The notes beneath the pieces are model-generated. The model worked only from the letters and a program-made list of their open reading frames with translations, ran no database searches and was not told where the DNA came from. This document shows, one piece after another, positions 48,281 to 60,448 of a stretch of DNA of 64,000 bases. The translations under genes and the position numbers were made by a program. How positions within the stretch are numbered: position 1 is the stretch's first letter; each line of letters begins with the position of its first letter. Source of the stretch: Felis catus (taxonomy: Eukaryota); assembly GCF_018350175.1 (NCBI RefSeq), contig NC_058368.1, positions 175,276,001 to 175,340,000 on the forward strand. The letters run 5' to 3'.

Positions 48281-49308
48281 AAGAAAAACACATCCATACA
48301 TCTGACAACTGATGGGCTGGAAAGAGGAAACAGAGAGACCTCAAGTTTGGAGTTATTTACAGGAAACACAATGAGGTTTTTTCAGACATCAGGAAGTCAG
48401 GTACGATCAGGCAGCAAAGACGGTGATCTCCGTACCCCCCACCCCCACCCGCCGGCAGGGCTAAGAGTCTGGGAGTCAGACTGTCAGGCTAGTCGTGGGA
48501 TGGGTAGCTGGTGAACAGCTGGACCCAGGAAGGAAGGTCAAGGGCCATGGAGACAGTCCCGGGAGACCAATGACATAAACGTGCTCTCATGTCCCCTCCC
48601 CCATCCCACGTCACTGGCAGACTGAAGAAGACAGGGTCGAGAGAGGAACCCGGGGGTACCCTGTCCTCAGGGTCAGGTAGCAGGGAAAGGCTCCAGCCCT
48701 CCCACTAGTGAGCACATCTCAATTCCGGTCCTACTGTGTGGTGTCCTCCCAGCTGTAGGATTCTGGACAAGTCACTTCCCCTCTGTGAGTCTCAGTTTCC
48801 TCCTCTGCAAAATGGGAATCGGAGCCGCCACCTCCAAGGGTTGCTCTAAAAAGAGACGAGCACCGAGTGCCTTCACAGCTCTTCGAAGAGAGTTGCTCTT
48901 TCACCATTGTCCCTGAGGAAGGAAGGGATGTTTATTCAGGGTCTGAAATTTACCTGCAGACTTAGTCTGTCCGGAACAGCATTTTTATGGCCTCATTCCT
49001 CTTGCCGCCGGGACAGGAAAGGCGTTTTATGGTGCAAGAACATTTTTGCTCAGTTCTTTTAAATCTTCCTTGCAACGCTCTGCACAAAATCACTCAGACC
49101 GTAAACAGAACGGGACAAATGACTGAGGTGATTTCCTCTGACACCCTGGGCCTCCCACCTACCTCTGCACGGCGTTCACATTTCTCTGACAGCCCATGGA
49201 GTACTGTTTCTGGAAGCCCGAGGTCCTGGATGGTCCATCCCGTGGGGACTGATGCATATCTGGTAAGAAAAAAAAAAATCACCAATAATTTGCACAGGGT
49301 TTGTTTCT

Positions 49309-49521
49309 TTTGTCTTTTATTTTATTTTAAGATTTATTTATTTTTGAGAGACAGAGAGAGGCAGAGCACAAGCAGGGGAGGGGCAGAGAGAGAGGGAGAC
49401 ACGGAATCCGAAGCCGGCTCCAGGCTCCGAGCTGTCAGCACAGAGCCCGACGAGGGGCTCGAACCCATGAACCGCAAGATCATGACCTGAGCTGAAGTCA
49501 GACACTTCACCCAGGCCCCCC
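49309..49521 (-). mobile_element. Can-SINE (SINEC_Fc) with A-box deletion
   Basis: Perfect TSD gcacagggtttgtttct at 49292 and 49522. Confidence 0.96.
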
Positions 49522-49929
49522 GCACAGGGTTTGTTTCTGACCAAATAGTTATCGGTCAGTGTGGCTTTAACCTTCCAAGGAGCTGCTGTATGTGGCCAGC
49601 TCTGCCCACTTAATATGTCAATTTCAAAATACGTTTCTTATTGTCGTTGCGATTTAAGCCCTGAAACAGGAGTCATAAATTCCAATTTCCGTGGCGACCA
49701 CGCGGGGAAGTGAATAGTGAAGCTTGCTGGGTGTGAGACGATAGGGCAGAGTGGGGCCTCTGGTGAAGTACTGAGCCCAGGCCTCCCTAAAGGGCCCGGC
49801 TGCCCTTTGGCATCACCTTATCACCACGTGCAAAAGTACTTCCAGTGTCGCCAGGGGGTTCCAGTTTTCCAGAGAAACTGGAAACGGGTGTTTTCAGTTG
49901 ACTGTGTGCGGCTCGGTTCTGTGTCAGGT

Positions 49930-50080
49930 TAAATTCATGCTTATAACAGCCCTAGGAAGTGACTGCTATCATTAAGCCCATTGGACAGGTAAGGAAACTG
50001 AGGCTTAAGGAAGTGAAGTGACTGGACTCGCCCACCGGGAAGCAGAGGGACCAGGATTCAAACCTAGGATGTCTGGTTAA
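49930..50080 (-). mobile_element. MIR remnant
   Basis: cccattggacaggtaaggaaactgaggcttaaggaagtgaagtgact...ccaggattcaaacctagg. Confidence 0.75.
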
Positions 50081-51220
50081 AGGGTGGGGGGGTGCTCTCA
50101 GCCACCACATTTGACAGACTCCCAGGACCAAGGCCTAAGCCAGAGGAGACCGGAATAGTCCTGGGAGGCCTGCAGAAGAGCAACAGTGTGGCTCTGATGT
50201 CAGCAGATCTGTGTTTGAGTCCCCGGGGTGGGGCCTCGCGCCGGTCACTACACCTCTCTGATGTTCAGGGGTCTCCTCTAAGAGATGGGAAAACGCTGTC
50301 AATGCTGTTTGAGAGATTCAGCCAGTCAGGGCGCACCTAGTCCCATTTCTGGAACACAGGACGCCCCCAGAAAAGGGCAGCCGTCGTCACACATCGTGAG
50401 AATGTAGCCATTCAGCCTGTGTGACTTGAGTAAGTCCTTCCTTCCCAGGTAGGAAGTCGGCCTTCAGATCTTTCACTGAGAGCCACCCCGATCTTTTAGA
50501 GCCTTGGAAGGACGTTAGATAGATCCTCTGCCGCGCGGGGGTCGTCTGTCAGCCGTGAAAGGTCTTTCTTTCCTCCTGACTTTGTGCTTGCAGGACGGAC
50601 AGCTGGCGAGGAGCTGGGTCTGTCAGATGTAAGCCGTTCAAGTGAAAGCCTTGTCTACCCTAAACCCGAATCCCTGTCCTCATCCGGGGATGCCTGCGCC
50701 AGGGAGCTACCGAAAGTAAATTCGCAGAACGCGTTTTCTTTTCATCCTATAGCTGTTTCCTTTTGGCTTCCGTCGGAGTTGGCAGCATCGCCTCGGGTTT
50801 CCGGGCCAGAATCGTAGAGCAGTTATCACGCACGAGCATACACATATACGGCTTTAGCTGCTGGATCGTTTTAACCACTCTGCTTATAAGTGTCCCCTCC
50901 TCTTAACTCTGTACCGCCTGCTCCCTTCCCACCCACAAGTAAGCTCTGAGTCCAGTTGAGTTCAATGGACGCTCCGAGCACCTATCCAAACGTGGTCTCT
51001 GGGTGGCACAGGCAATTTCGGGGGCGTCTCTCAACAAGCCCGCCCTTGAGGAGTGACCAGTTCTGGGGGGAGGGGGACAGGTCAGATCCGGTCACTCCTC
51101 TGCTTGAAACCTCCCAGGGTGTAATGGAGGCAGCTGACTGTGGACCAAGCCAGTTTCTTGGTTTTGCGGGCACACAACTGAACCACATTTCCCAGCCTCC
51201 TTTGCAATTAGGTATTACTT

Positions 51221-51898
51221 TGTGCTAAGTGCTGAACTGCATCCCAGAAAAATTCATATGTGGAAGTCTTAACTCCCAGTATCTCGGAGTGTGACCTTAT
51301 TTGGAAATAGGGTCTTTACAGGGGCGCCTGGGTGGCTCAGTCGGTTGAGCGTCTGACTTCAGCTCAGGTCATGATCTCGTGGTTTGTGAGTTCGAGCCCC
51401 GCGTCGGGTGCTGTGCTGACAGCTCAGGGCCTGGAGCCTGTTTTGGATTCTGTGTCTCCCTCTGTCTCTGCCCCTCCCCCGTTCATGTGGCGTCTCTCCC
51501 TTTCTCTCTCTCTTAAAACAAAATAAACATTAAAAAAAAATTTTTTTTTAGGAAATAGGGTCCTTACTGATGTAAGTAGTTAAAATGATGAAGTCAGATT
51601 GAAGTAGGGGGGGTCCCTAACCCAATCTGACAGACGTCCTTATGAAAAGGGGAAATTTGGACACATCACGCTTGGGGAGAAGGCCACATAGAGATGAGGG
51701 CAGGGACTGGGTGGTGCTTCCACAGGGAAGGCAATGTCAAGGATGCCGGTGAACCACCGGAAGCTACGAAATAGGAGCTGTGGCCCACAAATCATGGAAC
51801 ATGGACAGGGGCATGGAAGACATCCTCCACGAGAGCCTGAGGAAGACCCAACATGCCAGCCCCTTGGCCTTGGACTTCCAGGCTCTGCGAGACAGTAC
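51221..51898 (+). mobile_element. MLT1B/C-like LTR (3' end missing), interrupted by a SINE
   Basis: aaaattcatatgtggaagtcttaactcccagtatctcggagtgtgaccttatttggaaatagggtcttt...gtccttatgaaaaggggaaatttggacac...ccttggacttccagg. Confidence 0.8.
51321..51550 (+). mobile_element. Can-SINE (SINEC_Fc)
   Basis: TSD ggaaatagggtc(t/c)ttac at 51303 and 51551. Confidence 0.97.
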
Positions 51899-51899
51899 T

Positions 51900-52151
51900 C
51901 TTCCTCCTCCTCCTCCTCCTTCTTCTTCTTCTTCTTTTAATTTTTTAATGTTTATTTTTGAGAGAGAGAGACAGATAGACAGAGCGTGAGTGGGGAAGGG
52001 GCAGAGAGAGAGGGAGACACCGAATCCGAAGCAGGCTCCAGGCTCCGAGCTGTCAGCACAGAGCCTGACGCGGGGCTCGAGCTCATGAACCGCGAGGTCA
52101 CGACCTGAGCTGAAGTCAGGTGCTTAACCGACTGAGCCACCCAGGCGCCCC
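51900..52151 (-). mobile_element. Can-SINE (SINEC_Fc) with (CCT)/(CTT) tail, no clear TSD
   Basis: Full-length SINE body; flanks do not match. Confidence 0.95.
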
Positions 52152-52209
52152 CAAAATATCTTGTACTTTCGATTCTATCCCATACTACGTGTTTTTAAAT
52201 GTGGATCTC

Positions 52210-52432
52210 AGGACACCTGGCTGGCTTAATCGGTTGGGCCTCCTACTTCGGCTCAGATCATGATCTCCCCCTTCGTCGATTCCAGCCCCGTGGCGGGCTC
52301 TGTGCTGACAGCTGGGAGCCGGGAGCCTGCTTCGGATTCTGTGTCTCCCTCTGTCTCTGCCCCTCCCCTGCTCACGCTCTGTCTCTCTCTCTCTTTCAAA
52401 AATGAATAAACATTTAAAAACATAAAAATAAA
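52210..52432 (+). mobile_element. Can-SINE (diverged)
   Basis: ggacacctggctggcttaatcggttggg...gagcctgcttcggattctgtgtctccc...aaaaatgaataaacatt. Confidence 0.93.
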
Positions 52433-52959
52433 CTGCTGATCTCTTATGCTAAATGGATTTCATAGTAACTGTTGGGTTGTGACCTAGAACTTGAACATCT
52501 CTGCTGCAGGGCATGCCATTCAGAGCCAGGGAGGGGGCCGTCGAGAGGACGGAGCAGGAGAGGGAGGGCAGGGCAGCCAGCGTCACAGCAGAGGGCAGCG
52601 GCCCAGGCCAGGGGGGCTCTGCACAGGGCAGTGGTTATAGCAGGTGGGATGGCGGGTGAGATCCCATAAGCAGCTGGGTGCTTGGGTATTGGCAGGAACC
52701 CAAGTACAGGAGACGGCACTAACTCTTTCCAAGGGCTTGGCGGAGCACTGAGGAGTGAGTCCCAGCCCAGGGTGGGGGCCTTGCTGGCTGATGCTTGGAC
52801 GGCTTATTTGGAGGGGAGGGTCTTCAGAGGGGCTGGGAGTTAGAGCCAGAGGGGCACGGAGAAAGGAGGGTGTCCGGGGGGTGTGGGCGCATACGAACCT
52901 CAAGAGTGGCCGGGAGGCCTCAGTGCCACCGTCAGCACCACGGGCAACCCAAACAGGGC

Positions 52960-53130
52960 TGCGTGTGTGAGTGGGTGAGCGAGGTGTGCATGAGCGTGAG
53001 TATGTATGTGCAAGAGCGCTGTGAGAGTTGTATGTGAGCGTGTAGGAGTGCACACGTATGAACGTGTGTGTGTGTGCGTGTGCGTGCATGAGAGAGCATG
53101 AGAGTGTATGAGAGTGTGCGTGAGAGACAG
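52960..53130. repeat. Degenerate (GT/GA)-rich low-complexity repeat
   Basis: direct reading. Confidence 0.8.
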
Positions 53131-53343
53131 AGTGCTGGCGTGCAGGGGTCCCCTCCGGTCACAGGGTGTCAGCCTCGGGTCTCCCCTCTTTGTCCCTCGG
53201 GTGGAGGCCTAACCCAGGGTGTAGAGTCAGACAGAACCCTCAGTCACATCCGGACTGCTCCTGCTCCCAGGTTCCGTGAGCCAAATTGCTTCTCTGGGCC
53301 TCAGTTCCCACCCCTGTAAAGTGGGTATAGAAAACCCATCCCT

Positions 53344-53566
53344 GGGGCTCCTGGGTGGCTCAGTCGGTTAAGCGTCCGACTTCGGCTCAGGTCACGATCT
53401 CGCGGTCCGTGAGTTCGAGCCCCGCGTCGGGCTCTGGGCTGACGGCTCAGAGCCTGGAGCCTGTTTCCGATTCTGTGTCTCCCTCTCTCTCTGCCCCTCC
53501 CCCGTTCATGCTCTGTCTCTCTCTGTCTCAAAAATAAATAAACGTTAAAAAAAAAAAAAGAAAGAA
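53344..53566 (+). mobile_element. Can-SINE (SINEC_Fc) inserted in a MIR
   Basis: TSD agaa(a/t)acccatccct at 53329 and 53567. Confidence 0.97.
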
Positions 53567-54477
53567 AGAATACCCATCCCTGCCAGGTGGTTTTGTGAGG
53601 CCTTTCAAGGTGACATATGGAGACTTCCCGGCACGGGACTCGCATCCTAGATGCAAAGCATAATCGCTCATTTCAGGTGGCGGAGCGTTCCGGGCTTTAC
53701 TTCATCTCCCCTGGGAACTTCTGGTCAAATACCCGAGGCAATTTGCCTCCTTCTGAACCTCTCTCACTGTGGAGGCTGCTGCGTTATTTGCTACCTTATA
53801 AGCCTCTCTCCGCTCTCCCTGTGGCCCCCACCTCCCTACCCTGGAGACTGATGGATCCCTGAGCGACCGGGACTAAGGGCTCACCTCTGCGTTCCTGAGC
53901 AAGGCTTCTCTAAGCCTTCCCGTCTATCTGTGCAATGGGCGCACGACTCAACCCTCCCTTTGCGGGGCTGTTTTGAAAAGCTGATGAATTACACATTTGA
54001 AAGGGCTTTGTCAACTGCGAAGACGCTTAGGTGGTGATGAGATAATCGGCGATCGTGGGGATGTTGGCATCTCAGACAAGCCCCTGGCAAAGTCCCCGTG
54101 GAGAGCTGGGAGCCCAGAACAATCCGGGTCTGCTCAGGATGCCGGGTGTGGGTGCAGGCTGCCAGAGGCTGTACAGAGAATTCCCTCCTTCCTCCCCTCC
54201 TCCCTGCTCCTCCCCCATCTCCTGCTTATATTTGGGTTTGGATGTGATTCAAAGGAAGGGGAGCAGAGATGGCTCCGAAGAGGGTCCTGGGTCCTCCCAG
54301 ACTACAGCTTGGGCCTCCTAGTACCTCCTCTGCCCCCCGGGGGCCCTGTGGAAAGACCTAAAGCATCATCTCCACCGCCCCCACCCCCGATCTTCGCAGC
54401 CAGCCCTGCTTCCTGGGCAACAGGGATAAATGTGCAGCCTTCAAGGGCTGGAATTCTCGGGTTCTCGCTGGCACCCG

Positions 54478-54491
54478 GTTCCCATGGCAAC
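54478..54491. promoter_or_regulatory. Candidate RFX X-box
   Basis: GTTCCCATGGCAAC, one mismatch to the palindromic GTTRCCATGGYAAC consensus; function untested. Confidence 0.4.
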
Positions 54492-56083
54492 CCGAAGCTC
54501 TCCTTTGCCACCCTCAGGAATGCGATGAGGCTGCGAGGGGGAGCAGCAAACAAAGGGAGACGTGTCAGGCTTCCACTGCGTCTGCGAGGGCCCTGCTGCT
54601 GAGCACAAGCCCTTTGTGTAACAGGGGCGTTTTCTTCCCTCGCAAATAAAACACACACACCGTTTCGTGACATCAAATCCACGAAGGCTTTGCTTTTCTA
54701 AGGGGAAAAGGCAACAAAACTAATAAAACGGCCCTCACGGCCTAGGCGGAGAATTGGAAGATGGATACCGATGCTCGAACCACAACGCCAGCGCGGTAAC
54801 AGTAAGGACTTCACGTTCAACCCACCGAACCGCCTCTTGGCAGATGGGGAAACTGAGCTCAAGACAGGCAAACAGCCCCGTAAGGGGAGGGAGGGGCAGG
54901 GATGCAGGCCCCGTCTGGGGAGGGGCCCTGCTCAGCACTACGCGACTCGCCCGAGCAAGCCCTCCTGGGCCACAGCGATTATGTCATCAGCATCTGTTTT
55001 AGGAGCCAGGGGGCTGTGGCGGAAGGGAAGGGTTGGAGGATGCCTTCTTTGCTCTCCACCCCCAGGGGTGCTGATGCAAACCTGGCATTAGCCCAGATTC
55101 CAGATGTCTCTGGAGTCCACTTTCCTGCCCTCTTCCAGCTGGGCCACTTGAGTGCTTTGGTCAACCTAACTTCCGCCTCTTCATCCCGATCCCCCCTTCC
55201 CCGAGGCCTCAGAATCTATGCAAACACGCTCGGGCCTTGTCCTCCCACCTCTGCCCAGACAGCACAAGATGAAATCCAATCTCCTTAGCGTCAGCCTGTG
55301 GGTCCAGTATCAGCCCTCTGAAATGAGCCCAATGCTCCAGCCAGACTGACTCCGTCTGGCTGACCAAACAGTCCCTGTTCCTTTTGACCTCTTTTCCCCT
55401 ACGTACGTTGACTCCTCTGCCTGGAACAGTATCCTTCCCTGTGAACCGCATGAACTCCTGTTTGAATATGCAGTTTCAGCCTGTGTCATCTCCCCCTCCC
55501 CCGGAAGGTCTTTCCTAATTTCTGGTCTCCTCCCCCTCCATGAAGACTGAAGTCCATCCCCTCCACTGAGCCCTTAAAATATTTAGACTTCTAGCACTTT
55601 CTTCGTTTGCTGAGATTACCTACTCAGATATCTACCCCCTTCCCCCTGGACTGTGAACACTTCGAGGACAGGGACTATAGCCGGTGCGTGACTGTGATCT
55701 CAGCACGCGGGACCTGCTCAGGGATTTTTAAGTGGCTCACTGGCTCGTGCACACACAAACACACAGACGGACGGTGGAAAGAGGCGAGTGTGCAGGTGTG
55801 ACTAAAACGTGTTTTGAACTAAACCAGCAAGAGGCGGTCCTGGAATGAGCTACTTTCCCGTATGAAACTCTCTTTGGAGTTGTTGGAACACGATTTGCGT
55901 GACATAAACAAGTCTGATCTAATGTTGGACCAATGATCAGGCTCCCGGCATGGTTATCCAGTCAGGCTCAAAAATTAACAGGATTAGTCTTATCTTGTTT
56001 GGGATCATTGACATCTCTGGCCAGTCCACCCACTTAAAGAAAAATCTATGGCTAAAGCACTTTTATTAAGAACCACAAATGAT

Positions 56084-56298
56084 GGGGCGCCTGGGTGGCT
56101 CGGTCGGTTGGGCGGCCGACTTCGGCTCAGGTCACGATCTCGCGGTCTGTGAGTTCGAGCCCCGCGTCGGGCTCTGGGCTGACGGCTCAGAGCCTGGAGC
56201 CTGCTTCAGATTCTGTGTCTCCCTCTCTCTGTCTCTGCCCCACTCATGCTCTCTCTCTCTCTCTCTCTCTCTCTTTCAAAAATAAACATTAAAAAAAA
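56084..56298 (+). mobile_element. Can-SINE (SINEC_Fc)
   Basis: Full-length; no convincing TSD. Confidence 0.96.
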
Positions 56299-58350
56299 TG
56301 AATACTAGGAAAACTTCATGGCAATGAAGGTAAGTATCTCCATGAAATGAATGACTTTTTAGGAAAATATAGATTATTAAAATTGATTCAAGAAGAGTTA
56401 GAAACCCTAAATAGATCAATAAACAGAAGAAACTTTTAATGTAACCAAAGATCTGTCCCTTAAAAAGAAAATAAACTCAAGTGGTTTATGATGAGTATTG
56501 CCAAATTTTCAAAAAAACAAAAATTATCTATGATATATAAACTGTTCCAAAACATAGACTAAGATAGAAATTATTTCTCCTTAGTCTCTGAGCAAATCCT
56601 GACAATATTAAAAAAAGAAATAGTAGGCCGTGCTGAATACATATAGACGTGCTGAATGAAATATTAACAAATCAAAACTAGTATATTAGTATCATAATTC
56701 CAAGGATACTTTTACTGTTCGATACTTACTCAATGCTAGAAAAATCTGTTAATATATTTTACCAGTTTAACAGATAAGAGAAGAAAAGCATTTATGACTA
56801 TTTTAATAGGTGCCACAAAAGCACGACAAAATTAAATACCTGTTTCTGCTGAAATAAAACAATAACGGAATAGTTGATATTTAACAAACATCAAAATTCT
56901 AAACAAAGAAAATTGTCATCATCTGTAGGCAATATTATTATCTCCCTAGAAAATTAGCTAACAAAATGAGAGAACTAACAAGACGCATCAATGAAGGAGG
57001 AGTAGGTAGAGATTAGGCAACACTTAAAAATTAAGAATTTCCTTTACTTACATAAAAATCAACTCTAAAATGGAACTAAGGTTTCCAATCGTAACGAAAA
57101 AGCCAAAAAAATATACATACAACATCTAAGAATAAACCTGACAAGACTGTGCAAAACCTACATGAAGAAAATTATTAACCCTACTTAAATGAATGCCAGC
57201 AACTGCGAAATGTCCTATATGATGGAGATTCATGCCATAATCCTGGACAGCAGACAAATGATAAGATGTCTTTTGTCTCCACATAATCTTCGGATGTAAT
57301 GTAATCTCAATCATAAATTCAGCCTGATGTTTAATGAAACTTGGGAAGTAGATTCTGAACTTGACATCAAAACTGTCATAAGAATTCTAAGGAACCTTTC
57401 AAAAAGAACAATGAGATAGAACTTTTGCCAAACCACACATTAAAACATACTGTAAAGCTGCAGTAGTTAAAACAATGAGTTCGGCACCTCTGAAATAGAC
57501 AACCCATTACTACAACAAAATAGAGAATATGAAAACCAACAAATAGAGCCTCTAGAATTTATTTCATGATAACACGTGGACGACTCAATAAAAAAGAGGT
57601 CTTTCTCTGTAGGTGAAAGGGAGGATGGTATTTAAAAATTTATGGAAATAAATTATTATGAATATAATATATATTCATAATTATATGAATTATAAATAAT
57701 TTATAAATATATATATATAAATTATAAATAATTTATGAAAAAATTATTTCATTAAAAAATAATGAAAAACATACTCACAAACATGGAGGATTTCCGATAC
57801 ATATTGTAAAGTGAAACAAGGTAAGTCATGGAACAATATGCCTAGTGTAATTCCATTTCTGATTTAAGGTGCAGGACATTTTGGAACATAAAGGCACAGC
57901 AGAGTTCAGAAGATGGATGTGAGCCTGTTCACAGTGGATACTCCAGGGGAGGAAATTAGAACGGGGAGGGCGGGTGAGAAATTTTCCCATTTTGTTCTGT
58001 ATTCTAGATTACTTTAATCTTTCTTTTTTTTTTTTATTTTTTAAAAAATTTTTTTTCAACGTTTATTTTTTGGGGGGACGGAGAGAGACAGAGCATGAAC
58101 GGGGGAGGGGCAGCGAGAGAGGGAGACACAGAATCGGAAACAGGCTCCAGGCTCTGAGCCATCAGCCCAGAGCCTGACGTGAGGCTCAAACTCCCGGACC
58201 GCGAGATCGTGACCTGGCTGAAGTCGGACGCGTAACCGACTGCGCCACCCAGGCGCCCCAAGATTACTTTAATCTTTCATGCTGAAAATGTGTTTGTGCG
58301 TTTCTTGATTTTACGCATTCAATAATAATTGTTCAGGAAAAAAAAAAAAA
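56299..58350 (+). mobile_element. Old LINE-1 (L1M) ORF2 remnant and 3' region, heavily decayed
   Basis: A-rich; gaaatgaatgactttttaggaaaatatagattattaaaattgattcaagaagagttagaaaccctaaatagatcaata...cacattaaaacatactgtaaagctgcagtagttaaaaca; no long ORF. Confidence 0.8.
58023..58259 (-). mobile_element. Can-SINE (young SINEC_Fc subfamily)
   Basis: Perfect TSD agattactttaatcttt at 58006 and 58261. Confidence 0.97.
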
Positions 58351-60239
58351 GGAAGAATTCCATCGTCCACCATAGAAAAGACCTTGGATGCCAGCAAAAT
58401 AGATGTGGAGCTATGGGGAGTTAAACAAGCTGTCCCCACCCCTGCCTGTCTGTTGTCCCCAGGCACAGTCCACTCCCTCAGGAGACAGTTCCAAGTCTCT
58501 GTCTGGCCCCCTTGAACTTGGTCCTCACTCCGATGACCCCCGTCTCTGGGATAGCCTTCACCTCTGGGCTCTAGTCTTCTGATATTCCTTAGCTGTATTT
58601 ACCACTGCTTCTGATTCATCCAGCCCAACTGGGGAATCAGAACACCCCCCCATCTAAAGTGTGTGCAAAGTGCATACCGAGGCCACCATCCCCCCCAAGG
58701 AAAAGCAAAAAGGCACACAGCAAGCTCTGAGCACCCATTTACTGTGTCCTTCCCGCTCCTCGGTTCTTATGGCGTTATTTTATACACCAAACTCTCTGTC
58801 TGCTGCTGGAATGGGGGAGGGCAAGGACCACACTTTGTTCCCTGTCGGTCCTGTCCGCAGCACCCAGAAGCCTGCCTGGCCCCACAGGCACTCAGTAGTC
58901 ACCGGATAACTATTCCTGGCAAGATGTCAGTTGTGGACACTTCCTTCTGATCTGTGACCTCCCAGGGTCAGGGGCAGACTCCCTTCTCCCTCCTGTGAGA
59001 CAAAGTCTCATTTCTTCTCCCCGGAAGTTTTCAACAATTCAACCACCTTGCTGGTGGGCCTTGGGCCGTTTTTCTCCTCTGGGCCTTCAGTTGGCATTTC
59101 CTGAATAATGTAATCCGCCAATTGCCATGTCAAGGACAAGTCAGGCCTCTTCCGCCAGCACCGTTTGTGGCTTCTGGGACAGCAGTCACGGAATTTGCAT
59201 TTTTTTCCGCAAGCTTGATCTCATAAATTCCCCCTGCCCACCCTTGGCCGAAGATCCGTCAGACTAAAGATTTTCTCTATCTCCGTTCCACAACCAAACT
59301 CAAGGAGAATTTCTAATTTCCTGCAGAGTTCCAGGGCTCAGGGAGTTTCTTCCCCGGGGTTTGGTCTCACCAAAAGTATTGATTTTGATTTCTTGAGGAA
59401 AAGCCACGGTTGCTCCAGCCTTCCCAAAGGTGCTAATGAGAAACGCTTCTGCCAACCTGAGTCACTGTCATTCTGTGTCCCAGCAGGAATTTTGGAGAAC
59501 TTTGTCACAGGATCTGACCAAATACAGTCGCCCAGGAGGGAGACTGATTAATTGGCCCCCTTTGCACTGAGGTGACAACTCTGGTCAAGGCGGCTTTGAA
59601 GCATGGAAAACAAAGTGTGTGTAAGAAGAAGAAAGTAAAGCAGTCCCTGCGTGATCCGTGGGATCCAGGGAACAAGAACTAACTTTCCCGGGCCTCGGTC
59701 TCCTCATCTTTGAAATGGCCATAACCACGCTCTGCGGCTGCACTTCTGGGATGGTGAGGAGACATGAGCCAGCATGCCCAGCAGAGCCCGGGTGCCCATC
59801 AACCGTCCTTTCCCTCTGGACTTCTAGAACCCTGTAACTAATCCCTCCACGAAGGAAACAAGCCTCGCCGACAGTTTTTGGTAATTGTGTGGAAACATCA
59901 ATGCAAAGGCTCGTTTTGAGCATGGGTTTTGTGCTTAGTACTAGGTCAAAGCAGCTTGGGGATGATAAAGACGTGCTTGGGAGAGTCTATCATTTGCCTG
60001 ATGATTTAAAAAGGGGAATATTTGCTGGAGATGGACGCCCCAGTCGAGGCCCCAGTTTGGCTTTCAGGCCAAAGCCCTGGGGACAGAGACCCGGGGAGAC
60101 CAGCACCCAGGCCCACGGCCACCAGCTGTGCCACGTGGACCCTTACTTAGTGCCACGGAGCCTCCTCCTATATCTGTACAATTGGCTCTTTAACATCCAC
60201 CTTCTGAGGTTGTTGTGGGATTTTACAAAAGCAGACATT

Positions 60240-60448
60240 TTTTTAACATTTTTTTTTTTTTTTTGAGACAGAGAGAGACAGAGCATGAACAGGGGAGGGT
60301 CAGAGAGAGGGAGACACAGAATCGGAAACAGGCTCCAGGCTCTGAGCCATCAGCCCAGAGCCCGACGCGGGGCTCGAACTCACGGACCGCGAGATCATGA
60401 CCTGAGCCGAGGTCGGCCGCTTAACCGACGGAGCCACCCAGGCGCCCC
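60240..60448 (-). mobile_element. Can-SINE (SINEC_Fc) inserted in a MIR
   Basis: TSD aaagcagac(a/g)tt at 60228 and 60451. Confidence 0.97.

Noticed and set aside
53997..54602. 201-aa ORF
   Set aside because: Non-ATG start in MIR-like sequence, GC-rich chance ORF, no recognisable protein.
56299..57600. L1 ORF2 as a functional CDS
   Set aside because: Many stops and deletions; no long ORF on the + strand.
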